Source: Halocafeteria seosinensis
Lineage: Eukaryota
Reading direction: 5' to 3'
Assembly: GCA_001687465.1 (NCBI GenBank)
Contig: LVLI01000208.1
Location: 62,001 to 126,000 of the forward strand
DNA: 64,000 nucleotides
Positions 11,751 through 24,000 of the stretch are shown piece by piece; the stretch's first letter is position 1, and the number at the start of each line of letters is the position of its first letter. The notes under the pieces were generated by a model, which saw nothing but the letters and a program-made list of their open reading frames with translations, searched no databases and was not told the origin of the DNA. The position numbers and the translations under genes are program-made.

Positions 11751-12649
11751 CGGATCATAAGAGACGATTTTTAGGGGTAGTCTGTATGTATACAGCGACG
11801 AAAAAGAAAGCACGCTTATACACTATGCCATTATGGTGGTATTATTGCGTCAACAGAATGTACCCAATGGAAGTATCTCTTCGTACATAACCCAATGTTT
11901 GACATACTCACGTTGCTCAAGTCAATACATTACATATTGTCTTGCATTCTTCGGCGTACTCACTCTTTGTTATACAAAAGTTCCCCATTCACTTTCTCGA
12001 AAAACGTGGTCATTTTACTCTACTTCAACTTACCGTTCTCTCTCCCAAATGAGCACACTTCCGTTCACACCAAGCATATAGATCAGTGGAATATGTCTGT
12101 CCGCATGCTGTCCGAGGATTTGCAGCATAATACGCGCTGTGGATCGGCCTGCAGCGGAGGTGTTCTGAACGCCGGGGTTCCGGTCGCACGGGAGGCGATT
12201 GAAGAAGATCTCCGCAGACACCATACATGCATGACGAATTCCCATAAATTGTTAGTACCACCAAAATAGCATTAGATGTCGGTATCGTGAGGCGTCGCAT
12301 GCTCGACAGGGAGAAGACACCGGATAACGCGTACCATTGATTTTTGAGTGGTGTCAGAGAGTCAGTCTTCCAGAGACTTTAATTAACGGCGTCCATTTTG
12401 ATAGGGATACAGGTACTTTCCCCCCTCATTTTTCACTTGATTTTGTAGGCAAGACCAGTGCTCGTGAAGAGGACGGTGGAAAATGCTGTGAAAGACTCTT
12501 CGTCTCTCTCTTTTTGCTCTTGTTTTGGCGGCGCGAGGTCGATTTAAGGGGGCTCCATGATGCTTTTACTCGCACGGATATAGGCGCATTACCCCCCTTC
12601 AGCAAGCTTTCTCTGCATTGGAAAGGTCTATCCTAGTCGGACGTGAGCA

Positions 12650-13672
12650 ATGGTGGACGCAGTTGATATGGAACGACCGACCCTCCTCCTCCGAGATCGA
12701 CAGTCTGGCGAGAAGCTACATAAAGTACAACTCACTTCGTACGACCCTGCTACGAAAAGAGGGGAATTTAGAATCGTCCCATCCCGTTCTCGCTCTCTTT
12801 CGGATGATGACCATGGACCAGGTTCGCAGCTCTCGAGCAACGGCAGTGTATTGGACTTGGATGAAATCGAGAGGAAGCCTGTACACATCCAAGAGGAATC
12901 GCACCTTAGGCCGTTTTCGCCGGAAATCGCTGAGCCCCCTGTCGGTATCGGGATGAGCATTCCGGTATCGCAGGACCTGGATATTATTGTAGGCCCCGTA
13001 CGCAGGAACAGGGAAGCTATTCAGTGGAAAACGGTTGCGGAGAAGATCCACCGGAAGGATTATGTAGATGAGGAACAGGAGGCGATAGTAGAACCACAAA
13101 GCAAAGACGACGACTTCTCGTCTGAAGGGGAAATCCATTCCAAGGTAGCTCTAAATGGTGCCATTAAGGATCGTCGGAGATCGGATCGAAAACGGAAAAG
13201 ACCGGAAGACAATGACGACTATTCCCCCTTGACTGTGGACCCAGTACATCCGAGCGTGGGCAACGGCACTCCATCACGACGACCACAGAGTCCATCGTCT
13301 GTATCTAGCAGCGGCGTGTCGGATTCTCACTCTGCTAGCTCCAACAGGTCGAGTGTTAGAGGCGGACGAGGTGCAGGGAAGATGCACAGTCAATATAAGG
13401 GCGTGGGCAGAGTATCGTCAAAATGCAATGCTCAAACAGGAGGACCTCAATGGCGTGCTCGTATGAGTTTTGGTGACCAACGAGTTCATATCGGCTGTTA
13501 CTGCTCAGAAGAGACGGCGGCAAAAGCGTATGATGCAGCACTGGTCAAGTACAAAGGAGAAAACCCTGTTAACTTCCCACACGACGCTCCCGATTTATCA
13601 CTTCTATCGGAATCCTCAAAGAAACAGAACAAAATCCATACGTTAAAGAAAAAGTTGAAGAACAAAAAATGA
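12650..13672 (+). CDS. AP2/ERF-domain transcription factor
   Basis: SQYKGV...WRARMSFGDQRVHIGCYCSEETAAKAYDAALVKYKGENPVNFP; basic NLS-like RKRKR and a lysine-rich tail. Confidence 0.85.
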   Translation: MVDAVDMERPTLLLRDRQSGEKLHKVQLTSYDPATKRGEFRIVPSRSRSLSDDDHGPGSQLSSNGSVLDLDEIERKPVHIQEESHLRPFSPEIAEPPVGIGMSIPVSQDLDIIVGPVRRNREAIQWKTVAEKIHRKDYVDEEQEAIVEPQSKDDDFSSEGEIHSKVALNGAIKDRRRSDRKRKRPEDNDDYSPLTVDPVHPSVGNGTPSRRPQSPSSVSSSGVSDSHSASSNRSSVRGGRGAGKMHSQYKGVGRVSSKCNAQTGGPQWRARMSFGDQRVHIGCYCSEETAAKAYDAALVKYKGENPVNFPHDAPDLSLLSESSKKQNKIHTLKKKLKNKK

Positions 13673-13750
13673 AGAAAATAGTTCTGTGTTAGTTAGATAG
13701 ATAGATATTTTAGATTCCTTTATGGAAAATGAACTACGGCAAATTTGCCA

Positions 13751-15196
13751 TCATTCGTCTCCTAAAATAGACTTCATTAGTGCTTCTGCCTTGCCTTGAT
13801 GCTTGTTCCGTTCTTCCCTAAGCCTTTTCCTTCTATCCTCAGGATCCGGTTTATGTGATTGACCACTTTCTGCGCTCCTCTGTTGTCGTCTCTTCTTAGT
13901 CTCTTGAGATATCCTTCGTAACTCATCCTTCTCTATTTCCGACATTGGGCGTGCTCCTGGTATGAGACCCACGGCGTTGTCGTAGTCACCGTCTGTACAT
14001 CCGCAAAATTTACAACATTCCCCTACCTAATGTTACACACTGCAAGCCGTCATTTTACACATACCTCCATATTGCTCCTGGCGTTGTTGAGCCTTCTCAA
14101 TTGCTTGATTTTGCCTCCACTCGTAATAGATTTGGGATCTGTGTCAGTCGGGGAATATGTAAAAGTGCATACTGTCTTTGTGCAAACAAAATCGTCACGT
14201 ATGGCACTAACCCTTTTGGAACTCTTCGGATGCGACCAAATTCGTCTTCTATCTCAACTGTGTTGTCATCGTGCTCTGCTCTCGCTCGCTTTCCGGCGGT
14301 GTTTGCGATGTGTTCCCGAGCCCGTTGGTGCACATCACGTTCGCTTGTTGCATTGGCCGCTTGGTTATTTCCTCTATCACTGCACGCTGATGCAGCTGTG
14401 GTATCCTTTTCTCCTCCCACCTCCTCTTCTATTCTTTCAAACTCTCGCTGACCATCTCGACCGAGAAGCTGTTCTGCATCCGGTTTGCTGTCTCGTTCTT
14501 CCTGTAGTTTTTTCACAATCTTGCTAGGATCATCACCATATTTTTGTTTCAGCATTTCAAATCGCTTTCTTTCAAAGTCCACTAGAGGAGCTGAATCTTC
14601 CTCTTCGTTGTCCTGTGTATCAGCTTGGTCACCAGACACCAGTTTATCGTAAAGTTTTGACTTTTCGAGCAGTTTCGCGTAGACCTTTTGCTCCTTCGAG
14701 GACTCGTCCGCATCTCGGAGACTGCTCCGATCTCTTTCATCCCGCTCAGATACGCCACGATTTGTTGAGGTCTCATCCGAAGTGTGTCGCTTGGAGCCTC
14801 TTTTATGTCGTTCTGACGAAGATGTTGAGCCCTTGCGCTGACGATGGGTCTGCCGAAACGACCCTACCGTTCCCGACCGTCTGCTGTACACTTCGCCTGT
14901 CTCCTCATCTTGTTCTAGATGGTCCGCGAGGCTTTGCTCCTTTTCGGCTTTCAGTGATTGTAGAGGTAATATCTGCAAAAATCACCCTCAATTCCATATT
15001 TTGTTGAAGTTGCACACAAACCACAATTCATCCACGCAAACACGGGGTAAGACAGCCAAACACGTAAAGCATTCAAAAAAAGACAAAGAATGAGATACAC
15101 CAAAAACGCTTATCTACATACCGAACTGCCTGATACACGAATGGACTTGGCCTTTCGAGGTAATATAGTACTTTCGGTCAAGAACCCCAACGACAT
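13751..15196 (-). CDS. CCDC174-like coiled-coil protein, multi-exon
   Basis: Exon 1 MSLGFLTESTILPRKAKSIRVSGSS (ATG 15196, intron 15121-14973), then LLEKSKLYDKL, LVDFERK and VEIEDEFGRIRRV motifs. Confidence 0.75.
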
Positions 15197-15650
15197 TGTT
15201 TTCTCGTATTTTCCCCTCTCGTCACTTCGAACTCACAAAGCAAGCCTTATCCGCTCTAGTGATGTGTACTATCTATCGACTGGTCAAACTACTTCATGGA
15301 ACCTATAAAACGTGCAGAATAGCGCATACTGCCATGAGGCGAGCTCCAAGTTGAAGAATTCCGGGACAAGCGCCCGGATCGACGAGCTTGGCGCGCCGCG
15401 CGTCCGAAGGGTTGTTTCATCGTGCTAGGGTTGATTTCTCCTCTGTTCTAGTTATGGCAAAACTTGATAGTTACTCGATGGTTTTGGTGTAATCGTCTCA
15501 TGGATCTGTAGGTGTTTTGTGCACGATCGAGCTGTAGCAAGATTCCGGGCCCTCCGCCGGAACCTTTACCGTTAGTCCATTGCTGGGTTAAATCGTCTAT
15601 TTCAGGGGCTTTTACAGCCCCATTTCGACATATTTTAGTCGGGAATAACG

Positions 15651-18144
15651 ATGGCAGGGACGACGCGAACTGTTGTCCAAACTTCACGGCGATGTGACCA
15701 CCTCTATGATCCCACGTACACGGTATCAGGCGCACGGGAATTCTACCGTCAAACCCAAGCTGCGCAAGCCGCAGGAATTGTAAGTCAATGGCCGTGAACC
15801 CGAAGTGGTACAGATCCAATTCACGCAGTTCTTGTTTCTTGATGATCCCGAACAAATTATGATGTCCGCAGGAAAGAGTTCCCGATGACCGAAATTTATT
15901 CAGTGAGGTCCCGTCCCTCTACCCTAGCGCAAGTTATAGGCTATCCTTACGACAAGACATTCCGAATCATGTCGCTCGACAACAATTTGTGCCGCCCTCG
16001 CGTCCGGGAGAAGGCACGTCTAACAAAGAAAATCTTCAGAGAAGTGTTGAAGGGGGGAATCGGGCCAAATTTTTTCGAAAACCGGCAGCGTCAGCCTCAA
16101 GCGATATACATGCCACAGTGTAAGTGTAACCATCGACTCGTGTAAATTGGTAAATGAATGATATACCCAGGCGAGCTTGTCCTGCCTGTTCTCATTCCTT
16201 TCTCTCAGGGTTCTGGATCGAGGAACTTTTGAATCCGCCGCCGAGACTTTCAGTGGCTCCGCAAAACGTGCTGGTGCTTCGTCACCTATGAGGTATCAGC
16301 AGACAGGTTCACCGAGCAACAAAGAAGAGGAAATCTCTGGGGAAGAGGATGAATATGGGATACAATACGATCCTATCCGTGGCCAACGAACCATAGCCAT
16401 CCAAACTGTCTTTCGGGATCAGGAAGCTCAGACGGATCCGTATACTCCCGACTTCACCCTGCCGCAAGGGGAGGAGCCTGATATATTGCATTTGGCTGAA
16501 ATGAAATATGATGGTGAACCCGGATCGCAGCTTCCACCAGGGGAACAAGAAATGGAGGCGATCGACCGTCTGAGGCGACGTCGGGAAATAGAACGGAGTT
16601 TGCCTCCAATGACAGACGAAGCTAGTTTTGAGATTCGCAAGAAGCTTATGCAAAAGCTGGAACTAGAGAACTGGAAAGTTCGAGAAAGGAAAGAAGATGA
16701 ACAAAATGAAAGGCGGGTGGAGTCTGTTATGGATGTAGTACACGACGTGGTTAAACAGCGGGAATACATATCCGAACAACGGTTGGAAGATATGCGCCGC
16801 AGATTGGAATCAGAGAAAGATCAGCAAATAGCCAACGTTGAGAAGAAGAGGATAAAATATATGAGAAAATTGAATAAAAGCAGACAAAAGACAGAGGCCA
16901 CGGTAGACGCCTTGACGGGAACGGGAGAATCTAACATAGCAGGTACAGGAAAGAGGGGTACCCGCGACATCGTTGGTGAATATGCTGATTATGGAAGTCA
17001 AGTTTATGCTCCGTTGTTGAGAGCGGGCCGTCAGCGTGATGTCCCGGGAGAAGCTGAGAGATACCGTTCGGAATATTACGCGCCGGAACTAAAGGACAGT
17101 GGTGATGTAGATTCCTTCGCTCAGACCATCCCACGCTCTGTTACTCGTGCTAAGACAGAAAAGCCGAAATCCCGCAAAGCATTAAGTGGTAAAGCGCGAA
17201 AGGATCGCGCTATCGCAACAGACCTTGAACGTGTGCGGACTATGCTCAAATCGGCCAGCATTTCTACGAAAGAAGCTGAAACAAAGACAGAGCCCAAGCA
17301 ACGATCGAAACAACCGCGGACTGCAGCAACAACAGGCGATTTGTCTCGACAAATACCATTACCTTCCTCGTCGCTTGAGCAAATGCCTGTGCCGCAATGG
17401 AGGAAGCCTCAGAAGAAAGTTGAACGCCCACCTACTCCCACTTTCGACACGGAGGACGAAAAGGATAAGGATGACTTAGATAACGCTGCTCTATTGCTGC
17501 AGAAGTTGCTGCGAGGACGTACTACTCAAAACATGATGTTTGAAGGCAAAGAACGTCGACTGGAGCTAATCAAGGAGATGCGCCTGGATCTCTTGACGCC
17601 CGAGGAGCGTGCAGAAATAGATAACGAGGAAGCAAGCCGCCGCCATGAAGCCGCGGTTAAACAAGCTGCCCGTAGTACATTGGACGTGGCTGTTGGAGAA
17701 GTACTTTCCGGTACACTGGACTACTTGGGGAGAGAATTGGTACGGCAACAGGAAATGGAGCGTATTAATAGCCAGGTGCATGAGGCGGAGGAGACCCGCC
17801 GGCGACGGGAAGCTGAGGAAGGTGGAACCCGTCAGGCGGAAGTCAGGATCCGCACGAGAGAAGACTATGTTTACAGACAGCTGTTTAGCGTCCACCAAGA
17901 TTCAGCCCGGGACTACGTTTCTACATTGCTTCGAGATGTCGTCGAAGAAGAAGCAACGAGGGAAGCATCTGAGTACTTGAGTCTGCCTGCTGAACAAGAG
18001 GCAGATGCCGATGGCGCCAGTATACGCAATTTGGTCGGTTCTTTCTTACTTCCGGAAGTTGAAAGGCGGCATGTTGAAAGAGCTGTAGAACTCGAAGAGA
18101 AGAAATATGTCGAAGCTGCTCGACAGGCGTTGGAGCATACTTAG
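15651..18144 (+). CDS. CFAP91: Cilia- and flagella-associated protein 91 (MAATS1), 3 exons
   Basis: Exons missed by the ORF track give DHLYDPTYTVSG and VEGGNRAKFFRKP (intron 15780-15871). Main exon has IQTVFRDQEAQTDPYTPD, RDIVGEYADYGSQVYAPL, RPPTP and LLQKLLRGR..QNMMFEGKERRLELI. Confidence 0.92.
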
Positions 18145-19138
18145 ATTGATATGCAGTGATGCCGGAGGGTATTACCGGGCTAAATGAAGACATTGGAGTA
18201 CCTTGGATGCAGCGGAACGTGCTCTAGATCAATATACACCAGTAGTGAATTTGTGTGAACTGTGCAATGCTGTATGGTAATGGTGTGCGGGTATCTGTGA
18301 CTGGCAGTCTTCCCAAACAACCTCGATGTTCGGGAAGTGTCATGCAGATGTCAATTCCTACCAGCCCGCGAGTACATGTACATGCACTTGTAATTCATGC
18401 ATATTGAGCTAATGCAAACTGTCATTCATGATCGACCACGCTTGTGAGTTTGCTTTTGATTGATCAATGACTTATTTTGCTATACCCGAGAGGAGCCATT
18501 CCTGTCCCTAGAAGTTAATCTCTTTCCTCAGATAGCTCTGAGAGTAACCCAGTTGAAGTACCCTACTCTGGAATCCAGTTTGAATATACAAGCACAGCGC
18601 TGTTTGCTTCCCAGAACTGCCAGCATGGAGTCTTGTAGCGATATTACGTTCTCACACTGCTCCCCGGAAACCCAGTTTATGGCAAAATCTTAGTGGAGTC
18701 ATATAGGCTTTATTGCACATTCCGCTGTATTGGAGAACTTGGAAACAAACAAGACCACTCATAACACCTCGGTACGAACACGCGATGCAAGTTGTAACGC
18801 ACGCTAATCTTGGTCGGTATCCTCATATGAGCCGCGTATTCGTCGACTAGGAGCCTAAGAAGTACACTAAGCTGCTGGTATGTACCACCAAACTATGCAG
18901 TGGCTCCTCCCAGAACTCCATCCCATTACGAATCTCTTCCCTTGACAGACGATTCATTTCAGTCATTATTGGTTTCACACTAGTGCGTGTGTTGCCCAGA
19001 CTCGCTACTGCTTGTTTCGATGCAACCGAGCTTAAGAAATGTTACCCATATGCGCACTCGCACCTCCTACTGTCTTTGTCCATGCCAAAACCGAGTTTCC
19101 GGGTGAAGAACGTTGATGATACAATTTGATATCCGTTC

Positions 19139-20892
19139 TCATGATTTAGATATGCCATCTTTGCTCTTGAGCCAATTCATGAATTGGGGATGCCAAATAT
19201 GCCACAAATTGTTGTCCGTGTACCGCGCTGGCGGAAGCATCTGTTTTTTCCTACTCAGTATTAAGAATTGGGCATAGAACATGTTATCTTCACCGCCCCA
19301 TACGGTGCGATTAATGAAAGGTCCGCTGCAAGCGTCCGGATGAAACAGTTGGGATGTTCCGCATCTCGAAAGTGGCGAGAGCAAATAGCTTACCAGAAAC
19401 CAATCGGGTCATCAAACAGGTAAAACCAAGTCATTCCAACACCGTACTCTCGTTTCCATACCTTGCCTTGTAACGTGGAATTGAATGTATGTCCCAACAA
19501 CTGCTCCGTACTCTGTATAGCGCCATTGGTTCCCATGACTATTGGGAATGCAACTCTCTTTCCTGTACAAACAAACTAGTCCCACTGAATGCAGAGGTAG
19601 CCATGTAACTGCAAAACGAATCGTATTCTTACCGAGCTGCGTAAATTTCAACCCGTTTTCAATAAAGCTCGTATCAAGGGCAACCAGGTCCGCGTCCGAA
19701 TGAAAGACCAAACTCCTGCGTGAAGGTGTTGGAATGTATCTCAAAGCAACGTTATAAGTCTGCGCATCAGTGGAAAGTTCAATCATGAAATGCCAGCCCA
19801 AGTTCGGCACGCAAGACTTACCTGAGTTCTTCCCCAGGGAGATGTTGTGTGACTTCGAGCCAAGATTCTAACGTGATCTTTCCATTCCTCAGCGATAGTA
19901 GCATACAACTTTTGGTCTAAGGCAGTATCGTAATCACTAATGTATATACAAAGGCAATCATACCAAGACGGAACCTCATCGCACTGGTTCGTGGCATTCC
20001 TAATGGATTGAACAAGCCGCACCACGTTGGCTACTCGGTTCCTCAAGGCGACTACCAGGTATATAAAGGGGAACTTATCCTGAGGGCATCTTCGCAAGTC
20101 ACAATATGGCTCTTCATGCATTCTTCCTTGAGGTTTGAAAATAGGTTTCTCCAGTTCGCTTTCGTAACCTGTATTAAACAGCTGGAAAGATCTCTGAACC
20201 AGTGCTGCCGAAGCCTGCGTCATCGTGCTCGTATCATTCATAGCTTCCACCGACTGTGTCGCTTCCTCGTGCTGGCGTGTACATCTCTCTTTCCTCCACT
20301 TTGTAAGGTTCCTCTGAAACTGCTCTGAACCCCAAAGAAAGGATCTATGCTTCCTAACGTGATAGTCCCAAGGTAAAGGTTCAGGTACACTTAATTTTGC
20401 TGACATTGCATTAGGAGGTAGTTTCAGGCGCAATCCGTCCGCTTTTATGGCCAGTTCATGAAATTCTTCCAAAGAATGAGACTTGGTGTGAGCTTCTTTT
20501 GCTAACAATCTCGCCGCCGACATTATCTGATCATAGTTGTCCTCCGTATCACTCGCAAATTGGGTCAAATTCTTCATGTATTCCGTGTAGGGGATGACAA
20601 CTTTAGACGGCGCCTTCGTACTCTTCTGGCGATGTCGAATTTTTGACGGCTTCTTTTGGGGCACTGGAGCTCTTTCAGGAGGAGATACTTTACTCTCCAA
20701 TGGTTCCACGTCTCTTGTCTGGGTAAAGATTTCTTCAGCACGATTTGTCTCCACGGAAGCACGATACATACCGACGAGAGCGATGAAAACGAGCCCACCC
20801 AGCAGCAGTAATAAAGGGGATACAGCAATGGAGGACGGAGCAGAAGCATTGTCCATCTTTTGTGGACCACACCTTCTAACAGATGGCATCAT
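19139..20892 (-). CDS. Type II membrane glycosyltransferase, GT7 / chondroitin-synthase-like, 4 exons
   Basis: N-terminal TM anchor and stem; after splicing VFHSDADL (DxD), GKRVAFPIV, WKREYGVGMT, WGGED and WHIWHP. Confidence 0.75.
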
Positions 20893-21055
20893 GCCATGGA
20901 GTTTACAGTATAGATAAGACAGTCAGTGCAACGTGCTACAAAACTACGGAACTCTGGTCAAATGCCTGGCATTTAACGCCAATGTACATGGAAATTGACT
21001 AGTTGCCGGTTACATAAACGCGTGTATATTGTACATGCCTTGTCTTACCTTGTCT

Positions 21056-24000
21056 CTAAGTAACTAGTTTCACCACGGACTGAAGGTGCGTGGCAATATC
21101 TGATGGATTCTCTTCGGCATGGCCACGGCCACCCAACGATAATACCAGGGTTTCCATTCGAATGGTCATGGGGGACTGTGGCGAAGATGGGGAAGCTCCT
21201 AGCCCGGTAAGGCGACGGAGCCAATTCGATCCCAAGAAGTGAGTTCGTTCCACTGAAATGGATTTCCTGTGGACAATTTTATGAAGGGAATCCAGACGCC
21301 TTACCGTGTCAGGTTTGGCCATAATGCTCTGCCTTCTTTCATAAGAAGCCTTGAGGATGTCATACAATACCTCCACGCTCGGGGAAACGACGTCCCACTT
21401 ATCTCTGAACATCTGAATCAAGTCAATGAGAATCTCGGTGCTCTCCACGCAGTTGCAGATATGTTCCCGGCTCCGAGATCGATGTAACAACTGCCTTAAG
21501 ACTTCCAGGACGCTTACCACGAGTTTTTGGTGAGTTTCGTTCCTGTTGCAGCTACGCAGCAAAGCAAAGAGTTTAGGACCAATCTTTCGACACGTTACCT
21601 CGTACGCACATCGCTCTGATAAGGCAACAGTAACTGCCAGCTCTGAACAAGCATTCTGGATTGTATTCAACTGGTGCTGGCAAGTTAGAGCGGTAAACGC
21701 TCTTCTGGTCCGCTGATACAGCGTTTCCGATATACCGCTAGCGGCGTTTTCATTCGCTTCCACGCTTCTGGAAGCAACCGCGACGATTCTTCCTGAATCA
21801 TCGTTCTTCATGACTTCCCTACGCTCTTTTGCTCCTCGATACGCTGCCTGGATGGTAATAATTCCTTTATTTGTTCTCTTCTCCTTAAATTGAGAGCTGT
21901 ACTTCTTTAAGAACTGCTTCACTGTAGAGAAAGCAACGATGGGACTAAATATCCTTCCGGTGAAATGCTTCGCATTCGCCATCGAAAGGACTCGAGGTAG
22001 TTTCTTTTCTGCTGATGGATACACATAACGAACCAGCGCACATTTCCACCAGCTACTTATACATGTCGCAGCCTTCTGCGCTTTCAAGTAGCTGCGTCTG
22101 TTAACAAACATTCGGCACGATTTTTGAATCATTACCGCAGCCTGGCGTTGCTTCAGCAATTTCTCCCTGCTCAAACGTGACCGATACTTTTTCTGAAGAC
22201 AGCAGAATCCCCAGCGCATTTTTCTAAACTGCTTGTATGCTAACCAATCTTTCACAGTAAGCTGTATGAGGGTAGCAGCAGCAACTTCCAATTCTGTGTC
22301 GCATCTTCTGGCGTAAGCAATCTTAGACAGCCAGTCTCGAACTGTCAGTTGAATTAACTGTGCTGCACTATGCTGAAGCTCCACAGAACGCCGATGATAT
22401 AATGACTCACGTCTCCACCATGTTTGGATAGCAATAGCGCTATTCCTAACCTCCAGGAATTGTCTACGCTGTAAGCTCATCCTAAGAAACCGAGAGATAT
22501 CTTCCTTCGATTTCCGGAGAGAATCCAGTTTTACCCTCTGGATATTTCTCTGCACATGTCCGTGTATTACTGCTTGAATGGTCAATATCTTATTTTGCAT
22601 ATGGCGATACTGTGCCCGCTGATGCATTGAACGATACCAGGCCTGCAATTGTGTAACGACGGCTTCCCGATGGTGCCGTGCTTTGACTTGCATTTTTCTC
22701 GCGGCTTTCTTTTGGAGAGCCTTGTCGAGGATCTTTTTATTTTCCCGTTCTCTTCGTAGAAATGCCCGCAACTGTAGGGTTCTCCACCATCCCTGTATCA
22801 GTTTCACGAATTTCCGCTTTCTTCGATCCTCAGCAAACTGCTGCTGCCACTTCCACCAAGCGCCAATGCGGAAGGCTGAGAAGAGCTGTTTTGTTTTGAA
22901 AACAATCCGGAAGCGTTTGCTGTTTTGCACACTATTAAGTATTTTCCAATTTCTTTGGATCGTGAGTGCAGCTTTCGTCTCCCGAGAGGAAAGAATCAAT
23001 CTTGAGGAAAGAACGCTCGCCAGCATGATCACTAATCGCTCGTCGACCGCTTCCTTCCCGTCAGGTATAAACGGGTGAAGGAAAGAACACTCCAGTGCAG
23101 CACAGGCGGCAAGAGCCGCCTTCCAGCGCCGACGAATAATGTTGGCGTCGGAATTTACGTCATGGCACATATTTTCTCCAACAAGGTCTGGTCTGTAGAA
23201 ATGGATGACGTTACACAAGGCTAATCCATCTCCGAATCCGGAACTCCAGTCCTCTACTTTCACCCCTCGTATTAGACAAACAGACTTGCACCACTTCCAT
23301 AGGACACGTACAGGGTCTTCGGATCGACTGTCTTCAACAGCAGGTGAGGAGACAGATTCTTCCTTCTGGGGCCTCGCGGTCTTATATCGACTCTCAAGAA
23401 TTGCTAATTCGTTATTTAGCTGCTCACGCGGAATTGTGTCCGGCAGATGATAATGGGAAATTATCATCCACAACAGTGCCAACGATTTTTCCGCATCAGG
23501 TTTAACAATGTCTTCCGCTTGAAAGGGGCGTTTGCCCTGACGTTGGACTAGGACATTTTGTTCCGACAAATAGTCAAGCGTATTGCGAATATTTTGAAGC
23601 TTTTTTGTTCGACTCTCTGCAGGTAAACGGATATGGGCTCTTCCCAGAACTTGCTTCCTTTCATTTAGTAAGCATTCCAGTACCCTCATGATACGATACC
23701 CATCTTTAAGACAATGGGCGAGTAAATCTTTCGCGGTAGGAATAGATTCAGGCGGAACATGTGCCCCCTCGCCATGTTCATAACTCAAATACTCTCTCGC
23801 AGCTACCTTTGGGTCCGGTATATGCAAGGAATACTCGTCGTATGCATCCTGACAGTAACATGCCGTGTATCCGACACTTTGCAAGTGTTTGATAAAGTCG
23901 CCTTCATGGGCCAAGAAATCGCGACTCAACTCCTGCAGAAGTTCTTTCGTGGACTTAATCTTGCTTTCGGCAGCAAAAAGACAGTGTTCAGAATTATGCT

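Noticed and set aside
18200..19138. Gap after CFAP91 and the GT gene as a pseudogene or TGA-readthrough extension
   Set aside because: Reading past the TGA at 19139 meets a TAG within about 25 codons, and no frame shows a recognisable motif or SECIS-like element.
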